DNA of 64,000 bases from Shigella phage phi25-307. This document shows, in pieces, positions 1-8,531 of the stretch. The stretch's first letter is position 1; every line of letters begins with the position of its first letter. Made by a program: the position numbers and the translations under genes. Where the stretch lies: the sequence record MG589383; one strand, 5' to 3'. Under the pieces are notes generated by a model, which was not told the DNA's origin, made no database searches, and worked only from the letters and a program-made list of their open reading frames with translations.

Positions 1-275
1 CGTATGACGGTGATAATCAGATAACAGTTTTTGATGTAACATTTGCTTATCGCGTTATGCAATCAGGTGCTGTAAATAGACAGGCTGCTTTAGAATGGCT
101 GGAATCAGGACTTATTAGTAGTGTTTCAGGAATGTTTGGAAATAACCAGAATGATTCTGGTCTAGGAAGTGCAGTATCAAGACTTTCTAGATTAGGTGGG
201 ACCGCTGGAGGTGTGTCTAATATAAACACATTGACAGGTGTGGTGAATTCTGCGTCAAGAGTTTTAGGACTATAA
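1..275 (+). CDS. 3' end of a late structural gene, probably baseplate gene 54 (partial, 5' end outside window)
   Basis: Open frame from the window edge to TAA at 273-275; plus-strand orientation and position just upstream of alt match gene 54 in T4 order. Identity is by synteny only. Confidence 0.4.
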   Translation, partial: YDGDNQITVFDVTFAYRVMQSGAVNRQAALEWLESGLISSVSGMFGNNQNDSGLGSAVSRLSRLGGTAGGVSNINTLTGVVNSASRVLGL

Positions 276-280
276 AGAAA

Positions 281-303
281 AAAGGGAGACGTTGTCTCCC
301 TTT
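281..303. terminator. Bidirectional intrinsic terminator hairpin between convergent genes
   Basis: Perfect hairpin GGGAGAC-GTTG-GTCTCCC at 284-300, flanked by A-run on one side and T-run on the other; sits between the plus-strand stop at 275 and the minus-strand stop at 310. Confidence 0.6.
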
Positions 304-309
304 AGGGGT

Positions 310-603
310 TTATTTACGGAATGAAAGGAATGCTGGTGCTCGGAATGGAGTATCATCTTTAGAGTATTTAACTAATACGACCATTGGTACCTCTGTTTCT
401 AAATGACCCGTCACTACACCGACAAAAATTTGATCAGTGTGTTCAGGGTCACGAAAGTTTTTAAGAGGTTCCATAGCAATATGGAATGCACCTGGGAATA
501 CTCGATTCAATTCGTCAATCACAGCTTCGTTAAAAGCATCATCCGCTGGGATAACATCTTCAACTACTAGTTCTTGACCATTAAAGCGAAGCATAGATTT
601 CAT
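310..603 (-). CDS. Hypothetical protein, 97 aa (alt-downstream ORF)
   Basis: ORF-track ORF 310..675 trimmed to the ATG at 603, which follows GAGGAAAA and lies downstream of the early promoter at 634-661. Confidence 0.5.
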   Translation of the reverse strand: MKSMLRFNGQELVVEDVIPADDAFNEAVIDELNRVFPGAFHIAMEPLKNFRDPEHTDQIFVGVVTGHLETEVPMVVLVKYSKDDTPFRAPAFLSFRK

Positions 604-633
604 AACGTTTTCCTCATGTTGTTGATGGGATGA

Positions 634-661
634 TAGTATCACACATCCATGTGTTTGTAAA
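634..661 (-). promoter_or_regulatory. Early sigma70-type promoter (-35 TTTACA, 17-nt spacer, -10 TACTAT) inside a GGATG/CATCC inverted repeat
   Basis: Minus strand reads GTTTACAAACACATGGATGTGTGATACTATCATCC. Confidence 0.5.
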
Positions 662-2749
662 CTATCCTTGGACAAATTTAAACGGAACTGATTCTAAATC
701 CATTAAAGATGCTAACAATTTCAATCCTTTAGGAGCACTAGTTTTTTCTACAAATGAGGAGAACGATATCGGCTCATCTGATTCGATTTCACCCGTCATA
801 GCAACCACCTCACCTGTTTCCATGAGAACATCACCGTCGTAAATGACAGCTTCGTCCAACTGGTCCGAGGACATGACTTCAGCTTGAATAAATTTAAGGT
901 TGGATTCTAAACCTGCACCAGTGTCAGATGACGCATCTGTAATTTTATTTATCTGCAAGAGAATGCCTCTAGGCAAAATAATTTCTTGCTCATTAGGGTG
1001 ATTACTCAACTGTCCAGGATAAATCACGTTAACTTTATGGGCGCCATCAATAGCCCATCCAACGTTAACACGGATTTGGTCTGGTGCATGCATAGCTGTT
1101 CTTACTTGACTAGGAGAAATAGTAACACCTTCGTCATTATTGTCAATGTTAAGCTCTTTGCGAACTTCTTCAGGAGCAAGTCCAAGGGCAACGTTCTCTT
1201 TAAACCCACCGAAAATAATAGGAGCTAGTGAAGTGGAAACATAGTTTCTGAAGTAGAATACCTTATTTTTAACCATTGCTTCGTAAATAGGCATTCTGAT
1301 AGACTGAGCTCTATATAACGTTAGTCCTTCAGGTAAACGGTCTCCATTTAAAAACGCTGAATCAAGACCATCAATAGCGCGTTTAACTTCATCTTCATCT
1401 GCAACATCGTAAAAATCTGGTTTATAACGACCTAACAGCATATTATTGATATCGGTATACGCAGAAGAGGCATATTCACGAATAGCTCGTTTTTCAGCAA
1501 CAGAGTATTGATTAGGGACCCGATTCATTGTTATATTAAAGGTGCCTCTAGCCGATTCTCGTGCATAAGTATACATCACATTAGACAAGAACGCTGATTT
1601 ACGTTGTTTCCAAGTTTTTTCAGATACTTCAGCTAAAACGTCGTCAGCCAGTTGGAAATTATCACGTCTAAAATCTTCAAACCATTCGTCTTTAATAGAG
1701 TCTGCAATTTCATTTGCAGCTTCAACAAAAGCAGTTAATGCTTTAACAGATGTTGTTTTTTCAGTTTTAATTTTCTTAGCAAACTTTTCTAAAGTTGGCT
1801 TAATAACACTACCATAAGAAACTTCATCAGCAAATCTAAAGGATTCATCAATACGATTATAAATCTTATTTTCGATATCAGCAACTAAAGTGCCTTTTGC
1901 TGTGGACGATGCTTGGGCTAGTACGATTTCATATGCTTCAGGAAGTAATTCGGCTGTAGCTGGGCCACTAACTTCTTTAGCAGAATTTTCGTATTTCTGG
2001 AATAACTCACCTTCTTGTCGGTCAGCTTCTAAAGATTGACTTGCTGCAATAGCACGACGAGAAATTTTAGTACGAGCAATAACAGGCTTATCTTTACGTT
2101 TTTCTTCTACAGCAGCAATAGAACCAGCGATAGCCGTTTCTTTGGTGACCTTTTCGCCAGTCTTTTTACTCACATAAACTTCGCCAACATCAGAATCTAC
2201 TTTCGTGTACAACTCTGTGTTAATGTTAGGGATGCCTTTAATATCTTCAATGTTGGCATTTTTGCGAACCATCATCACATAGGTGTGTTTACCTGTGAAT
2301 TGATACATTGCCGACAATACTTTAAAACGACCACCGGTTTTAGTAGAAACTAAACGAGCAAGAAGAGTTTGAAGCTGCTGTCCGCGTCCTTTCAATTTCT
2401 TGGTAGGGAATCGGAATAGAACTGCATCCATACGAAGAGCTTTAACCTGTTCATATACTGTATTGAAAATGGTGTTGATTGCATCAATAGGAGCAGGACC
2501 AAGGCCATTTTTCAATTCAGCGAGATTGCCCTTTTCAGATAGACTCATAATAACAACATGAGCGTATTTGTCGCCAAGTTTAACTTGTTTTACAGCATCA
2601 CCTTCGGAAAGGTAAGAGAATAAGCGAACTACGATGTTTGTATCGATATCACCAATTTTCCAGACTTGTGGAACTTTAGCTTTAGGGTTCAAATTGACGA
2701 CAGGAAGACTGCCTTCAGATTCAAACACTTCATTTAATTGTTCAGACAT
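662..2749 (-). CDS. alt: Alt-like ADP-ribosyltransferase (head-packaged), 695 aa
   Basis: C-terminal ART motifs in order: R (LYRAQSIR), STS (YVSTSLAP), E-x-E (NEQEIILPRG); size close to T4 Alt (about 682 aa); position between gene 54 and ligase as in T4. Confidence 0.8.
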   Translation of the reverse strand: MSEQLNEVFESEGSLPVVNLNPKAKVPQVWKIGDIDTNIVVRLFSYLSEGDAVKQVKLGDKYAHVVIMSLSEKGNLAELKNGLGPAPIDAINTIFNTVYEQVKALRMDAVLFRFPTKKLKGRGQQLQTLLARLVSTKTGGRFKVLSAMYQFTGKHTYVMMVRKNANIEDIKGIPNINTELYTKVDSDVGEVYVSKKTGEKVTKETAIAGSIAAVEEKRKDKPVIARTKISRRAIAASQSLEADRQEGELFQKYENSAKEVSGPATAELLPEAYEIVLAQASSTAKGTLVADIENKIYNRIDESFRFADEVSYGSVIKPTLEKFAKKIKTEKTTSVKALTAFVEAANEIADSIKDEWFEDFRRDNFQLADDVLAEVSEKTWKQRKSAFLSNVMYTYARESARGTFNITMNRVPNQYSVAEKRAIREYASSAYTDINNMLLGRYKPDFYDVADEDEVKRAIDGLDSAFLNGDRLPEGLTLYRAQSIRMPIYEAMVKNKVFYFRNYVSTSLAPIIFGGFKENVALGLAPEEVRKELNIDNNDEGVTISPSQVRTAMHAPDQIRVNVGWAIDGAHKVNVIYPGQLSNHPNEQEIILPRGILLQINKITDASSDTGAGLESNLKFIQAEVMSSDQLDEAVIYDGDVLMETGEVVAMTGEIESDEPISFSSFVEKTSAPKGLKLLASLMDLESVPFKFVQG

Positions 2750-2784
2750 AGTGTTTTCCTTTTAGTAATAATTTATATTTATGC

Positions 2785-2805
2785 CAAAAAGAGCCCGAAG
2801 GCTCT
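2785..2805 (-). terminator. Intrinsic terminator (UUCG-loop hairpin plus U-run)
   Basis: AGAGCC-CGAA-GGCTCT hairpin at 2790-2805, followed on the minus strand by TTTTT; abuts the stop of ORF 2805..2993. Confidence 0.6.
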
Positions 2806-2993
2806 TAATCCACAATCGGGAGCAAAGTACGATAAACTTCAAAATTAGGGCCTTTTTCGTACCCATTAACGTTATCTACGAAAACCCGATACGAATTTTC
2901 ATTAGGAAAATCTAATATAATCTGAGAGCAAGAGGTGGAAACATCTCCACCATCCTTCTTAGCTACAATAACTGTTTCTAAATAAGCTTTCAT
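2805..2993 (-). CDS. Hypothetical protein, 62 aa
   Basis: Start trimmed to the ATG overlapping the ligase stop (TAATG at 2991-2995); ends at the terminator hairpin. Confidence 0.45.
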   Translation of the reverse strand: MKAYLETVIVAKKDGGDVSTSCSQIILDFPNENSYRVFVDNVNGYEKGPNFEVYRTLLPIVD

Positions 2994-4486
2994 TATAAAC
3001 CTGTCTGGGACCACGGTCCAAATACGTCTTCAAACGAATCCGCTTCTGTTTTATCAAAACGGAACCCTTTAATAATTGGAAGGAAAATACCTACAGTACC
3101 TTCACGGCCTTTAGAATGAACCCAACCATTACATTCACAATCAGCGATACGTCCAATTAATTTACCTTCACGAGCTTCGGTCATTAATCGTTCACGGTCT
3201 AAATCATGACGCTCGTCTAAAGGAATAAGAACCTTTACACCGTCAACTGTTTTATGAGTTGTATCTTTAAACCCTGAACCACAATCGGTTGTAATACGAC
3301 GACAACGTGATACGAGTTCGACACCACCTAATTTGTTAGGGTCTTTAGAGTGTTCATAGTATCCTACAACTTCTAAAGCGATATCAATAACTTCTTTAAA
3401 TTTAATTAGGTTCTTAGAGCGTTTGTTTTCCCAATATGAATCACGGTTTTTAAGGATAATACCTTCAAGACCTTGGTCAACATATTTTTTATAAACTACT
3501 TTAGCTTCGTCAAGATTACGAACTAACTGATTTTCAATTGGTTCAATTCGCTTAAAGCCTTCAGCCATATTTTCAAGAGCAGCAAAACGAACATCGTATT
3601 TCTGACCTTTAATTTTGCCGTCAGAATAGACTTCATCTAAAGGAACATAGTCCCAGGCTTGAAGAACCATACCTTCCGCTTCTTTAGGAGAAATAGTCCC
3701 TTGAAGAGATTTATTTGCTAAACCATTTGAAGTGCTACGGTCTGCAACTTGTACTTCTTCGGATTCTTCATTATCACCAAATAAGAACGACAGGTCATTT
3801 CCTGAGCTCACAGCCTTTTTAATATCGAATGAATGATAAACTAATTCACCGTCGATTAAAACCCCATTAGGGTGTCTTTCACGAGCTTCTTTAGTCATTT
3901 CCATTAGTTCATCCGCTAATAGAGTAAGACCATGGTATTCGTTACCAGCACGAGAAAAGAATTGAACACCATCATCGCGAACTTCAGCGAAACAACGAGC
4001 ACCATCTGCTTTTAATTGGGCAAATGCGGGCCATTTAATATTTTTAGTAATCAATTTCTCATCATATGCAGATGCTAACATCTGTGGTTGCAATTGAATA
4101 AGTCCAGGCCACACCTTATTCGCGATAGACACTGAAGCACCTACTTCAAGGTCGCGCATCATTACACGACGAAGGACTTCTACATCATCAGGTTTACCAT
4201 CAGCGATATAACCCATGAGCTCTTTAATTGCAGCATTACCGGTGAGTTTACGAGTGGCTAATGTGAACTCAATAAAATCCAACATGTCATCTAATTCAAG
4301 AAGACCATATGCTTGAGACCTTTCACCCGGTCCTGGCCATTTCTTAATATAATACTGGATACCACGTGCATATGTTAAACGATACACACGTTCAAGTAAT
4401 TTGTTGTCCTTATTTTTCTTAAGGATTTCTTGTTTTGTTTTAGTAGAACCGATCGCAGCTATTTGGTTTAAAATATCTAAAATCAT
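2993..4486 (-). CDS. 30: ATP-dependent DNA ligase, 497 aa
   Basis: Adenylation motif KADGAR; N-terminal region closely resembles T4 gp30 as remembered; size and position between alt and rIII match T4. Confidence 0.92.
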   Translation of the reverse strand: MILDILNQIAAIGSTKTKQEILKKNKDNKLLERVYRLTYARGIQYYIKKWPGPGERSQAYGLLELDDMLDFIEFTLATRKLTGNAAIKELMGYIADGKPDDVEVLRRVMMRDLEVGASVSIANKVWPGLIQLQPQMLASAYDEKLITKNIKWPAFAQLKADGARCFAEVRDDGVQFFSRAGNEYHGLTLLADELMEMTKEARERHPNGVLIDGELVYHSFDIKKAVSSGNDLSFLFGDNEESEEVQVADRSTSNGLANKSLQGTISPKEAEGMVLQAWDYVPLDEVYSDGKIKGQKYDVRFAALENMAEGFKRIEPIENQLVRNLDEAKVVYKKYVDQGLEGIILKNRDSYWENKRSKNLIKFKEVIDIALEVVGYYEHSKDPNKLGGVELVSRCRRITTDCGSGFKDTTHKTVDGVKVLIPLDERHDLDRERLMTEAREGKLIGRIADCECNGWVHSKGREGTVGIFLPIIKGFRFDKTEADSFEDVFGPWSQTGL

Positions 4487-4752
4487 TTGATGTCCTCGAT
4501 TTTGGTTACGGTTCTATTATAAGCCACTTCATCTAGAAGCGATTTCAGCGTTTTCTGATAAGTGGTAATCCATTTACCGAGACCTTCAACATAATATTCT
4601 GAAATGTAGATGAACCCTTGTTCAACACACTCTTTAAATATTTCTGCGTCTTTTACTGAACGAAACATTGGCCAGTCTCGAAAGAACATGTTAACGTGAC
4701 CGTAGTCACGCGTTGTGTTTTTGCCATCTGTAATATCATGAACTACAAACAT
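4483..4752 (-). CDS. Hypothetical protein, 89 aa (30.1 position)
   Basis: ORF with ATGA overlap onto the ligase start; no recognisable motif. Confidence 0.5.
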   Translation of the reverse strand: MFVVHDITDGKNTTRDYGHVNMFFRDWPMFRSVKDAEIFKECVEQGFIYISEYYVEGLGKWITTYQKTLKSLLDEVAYNRTVTKIEDIK

Positions 4753-4761
4753 AATTAACCC

Positions 4762-5586
4762 TTAACAATTTGTAGACCAAGTCCATTTGGACGAATCTAA
4801 AGGAAAGTTTTGAATCGTCCACCATGGCTGCATATCGGTTGGTCCTGGGGTTCGCCAGGTATATGGAGTACGTGTTGTCGAGGGGCCACCAATTTGATTA
4901 GGCCATGCACCTGGACTTGTTGTACCAGATTCTTTAAGCAAATCCGCCAATCGTTTTAAAAGGTCTTCACGATCTGAATCTGAATTATGCTCGGGTGGAA
5001 CCAAACGAGATTCAATATCATCCCACGTGTGTACACGTTGTGCAGTACGAGGAATGGCATCACGTTCACCACGAGCCAACCAATAAATCGGTACATTAAG
5101 AATTTCTGCTGCATGGTCACAATGATGAGCTAAATCGTCAACGTAACAAATCACGTTATATTTTGTTTTAGCTAGTTCGAATAATTGTTCCTTTGAAGAA
5201 TCATGACCACACATCATTACTTCAGAGAAAGCGCCTGGGAACAAAGCATTCAAATTAAATTGTCTATTCAATCGAGCATCAATTGAATCACCTAGCGCCG
5301 TCACGGCTACAAAATTATAGTCTTCTTTTAGTTTATTGATAACTCGAAGAGCATCCGAATAAGGCGCTAAGTAACGAATAAAATCAGAGCTATTATATTT
5401 TTCTATTAATTGTTTACCAAGGTTATCGTCGGTATTGAACAGTTTACCAGGAGAAATAAATTTTTCGTCCTGAATCATTTTTAAAATATGTTCTAATGGA
5501 AGATTATATTTTTGGGCAAAATAAGGAAGTCCAGATTGCCAGCTTAAACATACACCATCAATATCAGTCAAAATAGTAGGTTTCAT
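4762..5586 (-). CDS. HAD-superfamily phosphatase-like protein with a low-complexity P/T/W-rich C-terminal tail, 274 aa (30.2 position)
   Basis: HAD motif I DIDGV near the N-terminus, later VTALG and YVDDL motifs; last ~70 aa are Pro/Thr/Trp-rich; ATGA overlap with the upstream NADAR gene. Confidence 0.5.
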   Translation of the reverse strand: MKPTILTDIDGVCLSWQSGLPYFAQKYNLPLEHILKMIQDEKFISPGKLFNTDDNLGKQLIEKYNSSDFIRYLAPYSDALRVINKLKEDYNFVAVTALGDSIDARLNRQFNLNALFPGAFSEVMMCGHDSSKEQLFELAKTKYNVICYVDDLAHHCDHAAEILNVPIYWLARGERDAIPRTAQRVHTWDDIESRLVPPEHNSDSDREDLLKRLADLLKESGTTSPGAWPNQIGGPSTTRTPYTWRTPGPTDMQPWWTIQNFPLDSSKWTWSTNC

Positions 5587-6050
5587 AAAGAGTCTCTTAA
5601 TAGGTTTAACACATCAATAAATTCAGCTTCGGTTAGTATTGTATCATCTTTTGTTAGACCGCTAGCCATGCTGTGCTTCAAAATTTTTCCTTTAGAGGCT
5701 TGTAAGGCATCACGAAACCCCTTGTTTTGGATCGCGGCTTCAAAATATGCATTTGTGTATAATTCTTTCCACGCTTCGGAGTATCTTGAAAATGGAACTC
5801 CTAACCAGAAGAGAGTTCCACGGTCCTGAGCTCTTGCATAAGACCTTCCAGCTTGCTGTGCAGCCAATCCAGACATCCCAAATATGCGTCTTTGTTGTTC
5901 AACATTTTTCACCTTACATCCTTGGAGAAATCCTTCAAGTCCTCCGAATTGAATACCATCCATAACGAAAGGCCATTGAGCAAAGTTACTTAATGCACAT
6001 GACGGCCATTTGAAATTGCTTCTTATTTCTAATTCAGACATCTTTAACAC
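5583..6050 (-). CDS. NADAR / YbiA-like domain protein, 155 aa (30.3 position)
   Basis: Motif LSNFAQWPFVMDGIQF...EGFLQGCK matches the FSNFAAWP...DG...E.YFQA.KF core of E. coli YbiA as remembered. Confidence 0.6.
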   Translation of the reverse strand: MLKMSELEIRSNFKWPSCALSNFAQWPFVMDGIQFGGLEGFLQGCKVKNVEQQRRIFGMSGLAAQQAGRSYARAQDRGTLFWLGVPFSRYSEAWKELYTNAYFEAAIQNKGFRDALQASKGKILKHSMASGLTKDDTILTEAEFIDVLNLLRDSL

Positions 6051-6252
6051 TTATAATTTCAACATCAGCCCAATGGCCATATCCAGGTATACGGTCTTCG
6101 ATAGATAAATTTCCGTCATTTTTAGGCATTTTAATTGACGTAACGTATGGTTCTAAACGGTTTTCTGCATAATACGGAAAAACGTCTGTTACACGATAAG
6201 TAACTTCGATCATTTCCGTACCAAACAATTTCTGGATTAATTTATTCAACAT
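6034..6252 (-). CDS. Hypothetical protein, up to 72 aa (start uncertain)
   Basis: ORF overlaps neighbours at both ends; the true start may be the internal Met (MIEVTYR). Confidence 0.4.
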   Translation of the reverse strand: MLNKLIQKLFGTEMIEVTYRVTDVFPYYAENRLEPYVTSIKMPKNDGNLSIEDRIPGYGHWADVEIISVKDV

Positions 6253-6439
6253 GTTTCAACCCTTTAATAGGAGATAACTCTTTACCCATACGTATGTCAG
6301 AAGTCCAATCAACCCATTGAACAGCATACGCTTCATTGATAATTCCAGCGCCGGTTTTAAATTCAGGGAGAACTTTAAAAATCACCCCAGGAATTCCAAC
6401 ACCTTTTAATTGAACTGTTTGTGCTATTAAAAATTTCAT
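6242..6439 (-). CDS. Hypothetical protein, 65 aa
   Basis: ORF directly downstream of the early promoter at 6464-6493. Confidence 0.45.
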   Translation of the reverse strand: MKFLIAQTVQLKGVGIPGVIFKVLPEFKTGAGIINEAYAVQWVDWTSDIRMGKELSPIKGLKHVE

Positions 6440-6463
6440 ATTTTTCCACTTACTAAAGAAATC

Positions 6464-6493
6464 ATTATACTCTAATCCGTCCTTGGATGTAAA
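6464..6493 (-). promoter_or_regulatory. Early promoter (-35 TTTACA, -10 TATAAT)
   Basis: Minus strand reads GTTTACATCCAAGGACGGATTAGAGTATAAT. Confidence 0.5.
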
Positions 6494-7108
6494 CTACTTA
6501 ACGAAATTAATTTCTACTGGATGAACAACAGGTTGAGCAGTGATATATTGAGTAATTGCTTTCATGACTAGAGCTTCAGAACCAGGATTTTTCTCAACGA
6601 ATTCACGTGCTTGGTTATGAGCTTCAAGTTCACTTAGTAAACCACTTCGTTGGCATCCACGGTCTTGAGTACCCTGTTCAGATAAAAAGACGACGATGTA
6701 TTTTTCATCGTCATACGGTTTAGACGGTTGAGCAAATGTTCCTTTACTTCCAAAAGGAGAGTTATGACGCCACATCACGCCGTGAGGAGTTTCAACCTTC
6801 ATATATTCGTGCGGGCCATTTTTCTTAGTTTCTTGATGTGGAACTTCGTGGACCTTAGGGTTAGGACATTCAATAAAATGCTCATCTAAATCGGTCGAGA
6901 ATATTAAAGTAAAACAATTACTGAATTTACCAACACCTGCCTGATAAATTTTACCTTCAGAAGTTCTAATTTCACAAACCGAGCCGGCATCAGTAACTTC
7001 TAAAACTTCAAAAGGCTCGATAAGGTCATATGAGAACATGTTTTTAAGGCGTGGAGTAATATCCCCATTTTTAAAATTCATTTTATAAAAAGTATTAACT
7101 TTAAACAT
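6494..7108 (-). CDS. Hypothetical protein, 204 aa
   Basis: Long ORF preceded by GAGGAAA and the intercistronic hairpin at 7121-7136. Confidence 0.6.
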   Translation of the reverse strand: MFKVNTFYKMNFKNGDITPRLKNMFSYDLIEPFEVLEVTDAGSVCEIRTSEGKIYQAGVGKFSNCFTLIFSTDLDEHFIECPNPKVHEVPHQETKKNGPHEYMKVETPHGVMWRHNSPFGSKGTFAQPSKPYDDEKYIVVFLSEQGTQDRGCQRSGLLSELEAHNQAREFVEKNPGSEALVMKAITQYITAQPVVHPVEINFVK

Positions 7109-7120
7109 AATTTCCTCAGT

Positions 7121-7136
7121 GGGAGCCGAAGCTCCC
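7121..7136 (-). promoter_or_regulatory. Intercistronic UUCG-tetraloop stem-loop (no U-run) immediately upstream of an SD
   Basis: GGGAGC-CGAA-GCTCCC; on the minus strand it is followed by ACTGAGGAAATT-ATG. Confidence 0.4.
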
Positions 7137-7143
7137 AGTTAAA

Positions 7144-7509
7144 TTAGATATCGAATTCGTTAAGAACTACATCAAAGATTGCTTCGAGATGTTCAGGTTT
7201 AGCTCGGTTACTCAGGATATGACGAATCCAAGTTTTAACCAGAAGTTTACGATTATCACCGTTCCAGCAAGGATGAGTACCTAAATCACGTTGACGGAAA
7301 TCGTCATCTAATGCAATTTTGAAGTTGGAACCTTCCATCGTGATTGAAACCGTGATGCCATTTTCAAATCGCATATAAACGTAATTAGGAGTCATATACT
7401 GCTCAATTTCACATACTGAACCGTTATTATGTTTCCATAAGCAAATCGTATCAATAGAACCAGCAATACCGTTAGAAACATATTTACGTTCGAAGTTGAT
7501 GTAGTTCAT
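7144..7509 (-). CDS. Hypothetical protein, 121 aa
   Basis: ORF downstream of the promoter cassette at 7539-7578. Confidence 0.6.
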   Translation of the reverse strand: MNYINFERKYVSNGIAGSIDTICLWKHNNGSVCEIEQYMTPNYVYMRFENGITVSITMEGSNFKIALDDDFRQRDLGTHPCWNGDNRKLLVKTWIRHILSNRAKPEHLEAIFDVVLNEFDI

Positions 7510-7538
7510 TTATTCTCCAGATGTTTAAGTTGTTTGTT

Positions 7539-7578
7539 GGTACAGGTCTATAATAACAAAACCTGTACCAAAGTAAAC
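7539..7578 (-). promoter_or_regulatory. Early promoter embedded in a perfect 9-bp inverted repeat (PeSL-like cassette)
   Basis: Minus strand GTTTACTTTGGTACAGGTTTTGTTATTATAGACCTGTACC; arms GGTACAGGT / ACCTGTACC flank the -10 TATTAT. Confidence 0.55.
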
Positions 7579-7582
7579 ATTT

Positions 7583-7954
7583 TTATTTGATTTTTGTCCA
7601 CTTAGCTGAATCAATAACACCTTTTGCTTTAATCTTCTCGATTAATGACTCTGCACGATTTCTAGCATTTTCGTACCATACAACATCTTCAGAGTAACCA
7701 GTCTCTTCATCTTCGTAAGTTTTAGAACGAATACAACCATAAACTGTAGAATTCAGACGGTAAATTTCACCAGTGAAAAAGTTTTCGATTTCGATATGAT
7801 AACAAAAATCGTCTGAAGGGCCATCAGGAGTTGTACAATAAACTACATCACCTTGAACCGAACGAACCATCCACTGTAACTCGTTAACAACTTGAGATTT
7901 ATATCCATCATGGTCACGGCATTTAATTGTAGCATTTAAATTGATAGTGTTCAT
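7583..7954 (-). CDS. Hypothetical protein, 123 aa
   Basis: ORF downstream of the promoter at 7996-8024. Confidence 0.6.
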   Translation of the reverse strand: MNTINLNATIKCRDHDGYKSQVVNELQWMVRSVQGDVVYCTTPDGPSDDFCYHIEIENFFTGEIYRLNSTVYGCIRSKTYEDEETGYSEDVVWYENARNRAESLIEKIKAKGVIDSAKWTKIK

Positions 7955-7995
7955 TTTATTCTCCGGTTGTTTTATTGATTAGGTGGTACAAGTCT

Positions 7996-8024
7996 ATAGT
8001 AACACATCCTACAGGAGAGTAAAC
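7996..8024 (-). promoter_or_regulatory. Early promoter (GTTTAC, 17-nt spacer, TACTAT)
   Basis: Minus strand GTTTACTCTCCTGTAGGATGTGTTACTATAGAC. Confidence 0.5.
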
Positions 8025-8054
8025 ATCTTTTTTAAACTTTTTCTGCCCTAAACG

Positions 8055-8079
8055 CACAAAAGGGAGACCGAAGTCTCCC
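8055..8079 (-). terminator. Intrinsic terminator (GGGAGAC-UUCG-GUCUCCC plus UUUUGUG)
   Basis: Hairpin at 8062-8079, identical in sequence to the one at 23041-23058; lies just after the stop of ORF 8085..8264. Confidence 0.65.
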
Positions 8080-8084
8080 TAAAA

Positions 8085-8264
8085 TTATGCAACAACCTTT
8101 CCAAAACGAGAAGCATCATCTCGAAGAACTGCACGTGCTCTGCGCATGATCTTCTCAACGGTTTGATTAATACGAGAGTTCGACCCACGCTTGTATCCAG
8201 CGCGTTTAGAGGTACCATCAACTTTCTTTTCAACTGCTTTCTTTGCTTTAGCTTGTTTTGCCAT
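8085..8264 (-). CDS. Small basic Lys/Arg-rich protein, 59 aa (below the ORF-track size cut-off)
   Basis: Hand translation MAKQAKAKKAVEKKVDGTSKRAGYKRGSNSRINQTVEKIMRRARAVLRDDASRFGKVVA; ATG preceded by AAAGAGAA; stop is followed directly by the terminator. Preferred over track ORF 8048..8233, which is in another frame. Confidence 0.45.
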   Translation of the reverse strand: MAKQAKAKKAVEKKVDGTSKRAGYKRGSNSRINQTVEKIMRRARAVLRDDASRFGKVVA

Positions 8265-8531
8265 TATAAATTCTCTTTAAATGAAAATGCAGGACTTATT
8301 GTCATTGCCTGCTCAAGCCCTCAAGGGGAATATAGGTTTTGGATATTTAACGACAGGATAACCATAAACCCGTCATCATACCGACCACGACTTAGACAGA
8401 TAACCTTTTTCTGACGCGTGATAGTACAAAATACATTCAAGAGGTACACCGTAAAATTGTCGGGGCGGTACTTCAAAACATACCGATTCGCAAATCGATA
8501 ATCAGACAATTCGACGGCTCCTCGATTTAAC

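Noticed and set aside
986-2353. Opposite-strand ORFs inside alt (986..1228, 2036..2353) and similar antisense ORFs inside other large genes (for example 12942..13412, 15655..16179, 18317..18622, 23254..23733, 27330..27596, 28355..28564, 32337..32585, 33784..34041, 34416..34691, 36163..36764, 45701..45937, 54375..54722)
   Set aside because: Each lies wholly within a well-supported gene on the other strand or in another frame, lacks a convincing SD, and has low-complexity or atypical composition. Judged to be chance ORFs in AT-rich DNA.
8048-8233. ORF-track ORF of 61 aa (MKRKLMVPLN...)
   Set aside because: An alternative 59-aa frame (8085..8264) has a better SD, a protein-like basic composition and ends at the terminator hairpin; the two cannot both be genes. 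The choice remains uncertain.
8265-8531. Possible tRNA or other structured RNA gene in the long rIII-proximal intergenic region
   Set aside because: No cloverleaf with a T-loop GTTCRANNC-like motif or acceptor stem could be drawn by eye; kept only as an unexplained structured non-coding region (see findings).
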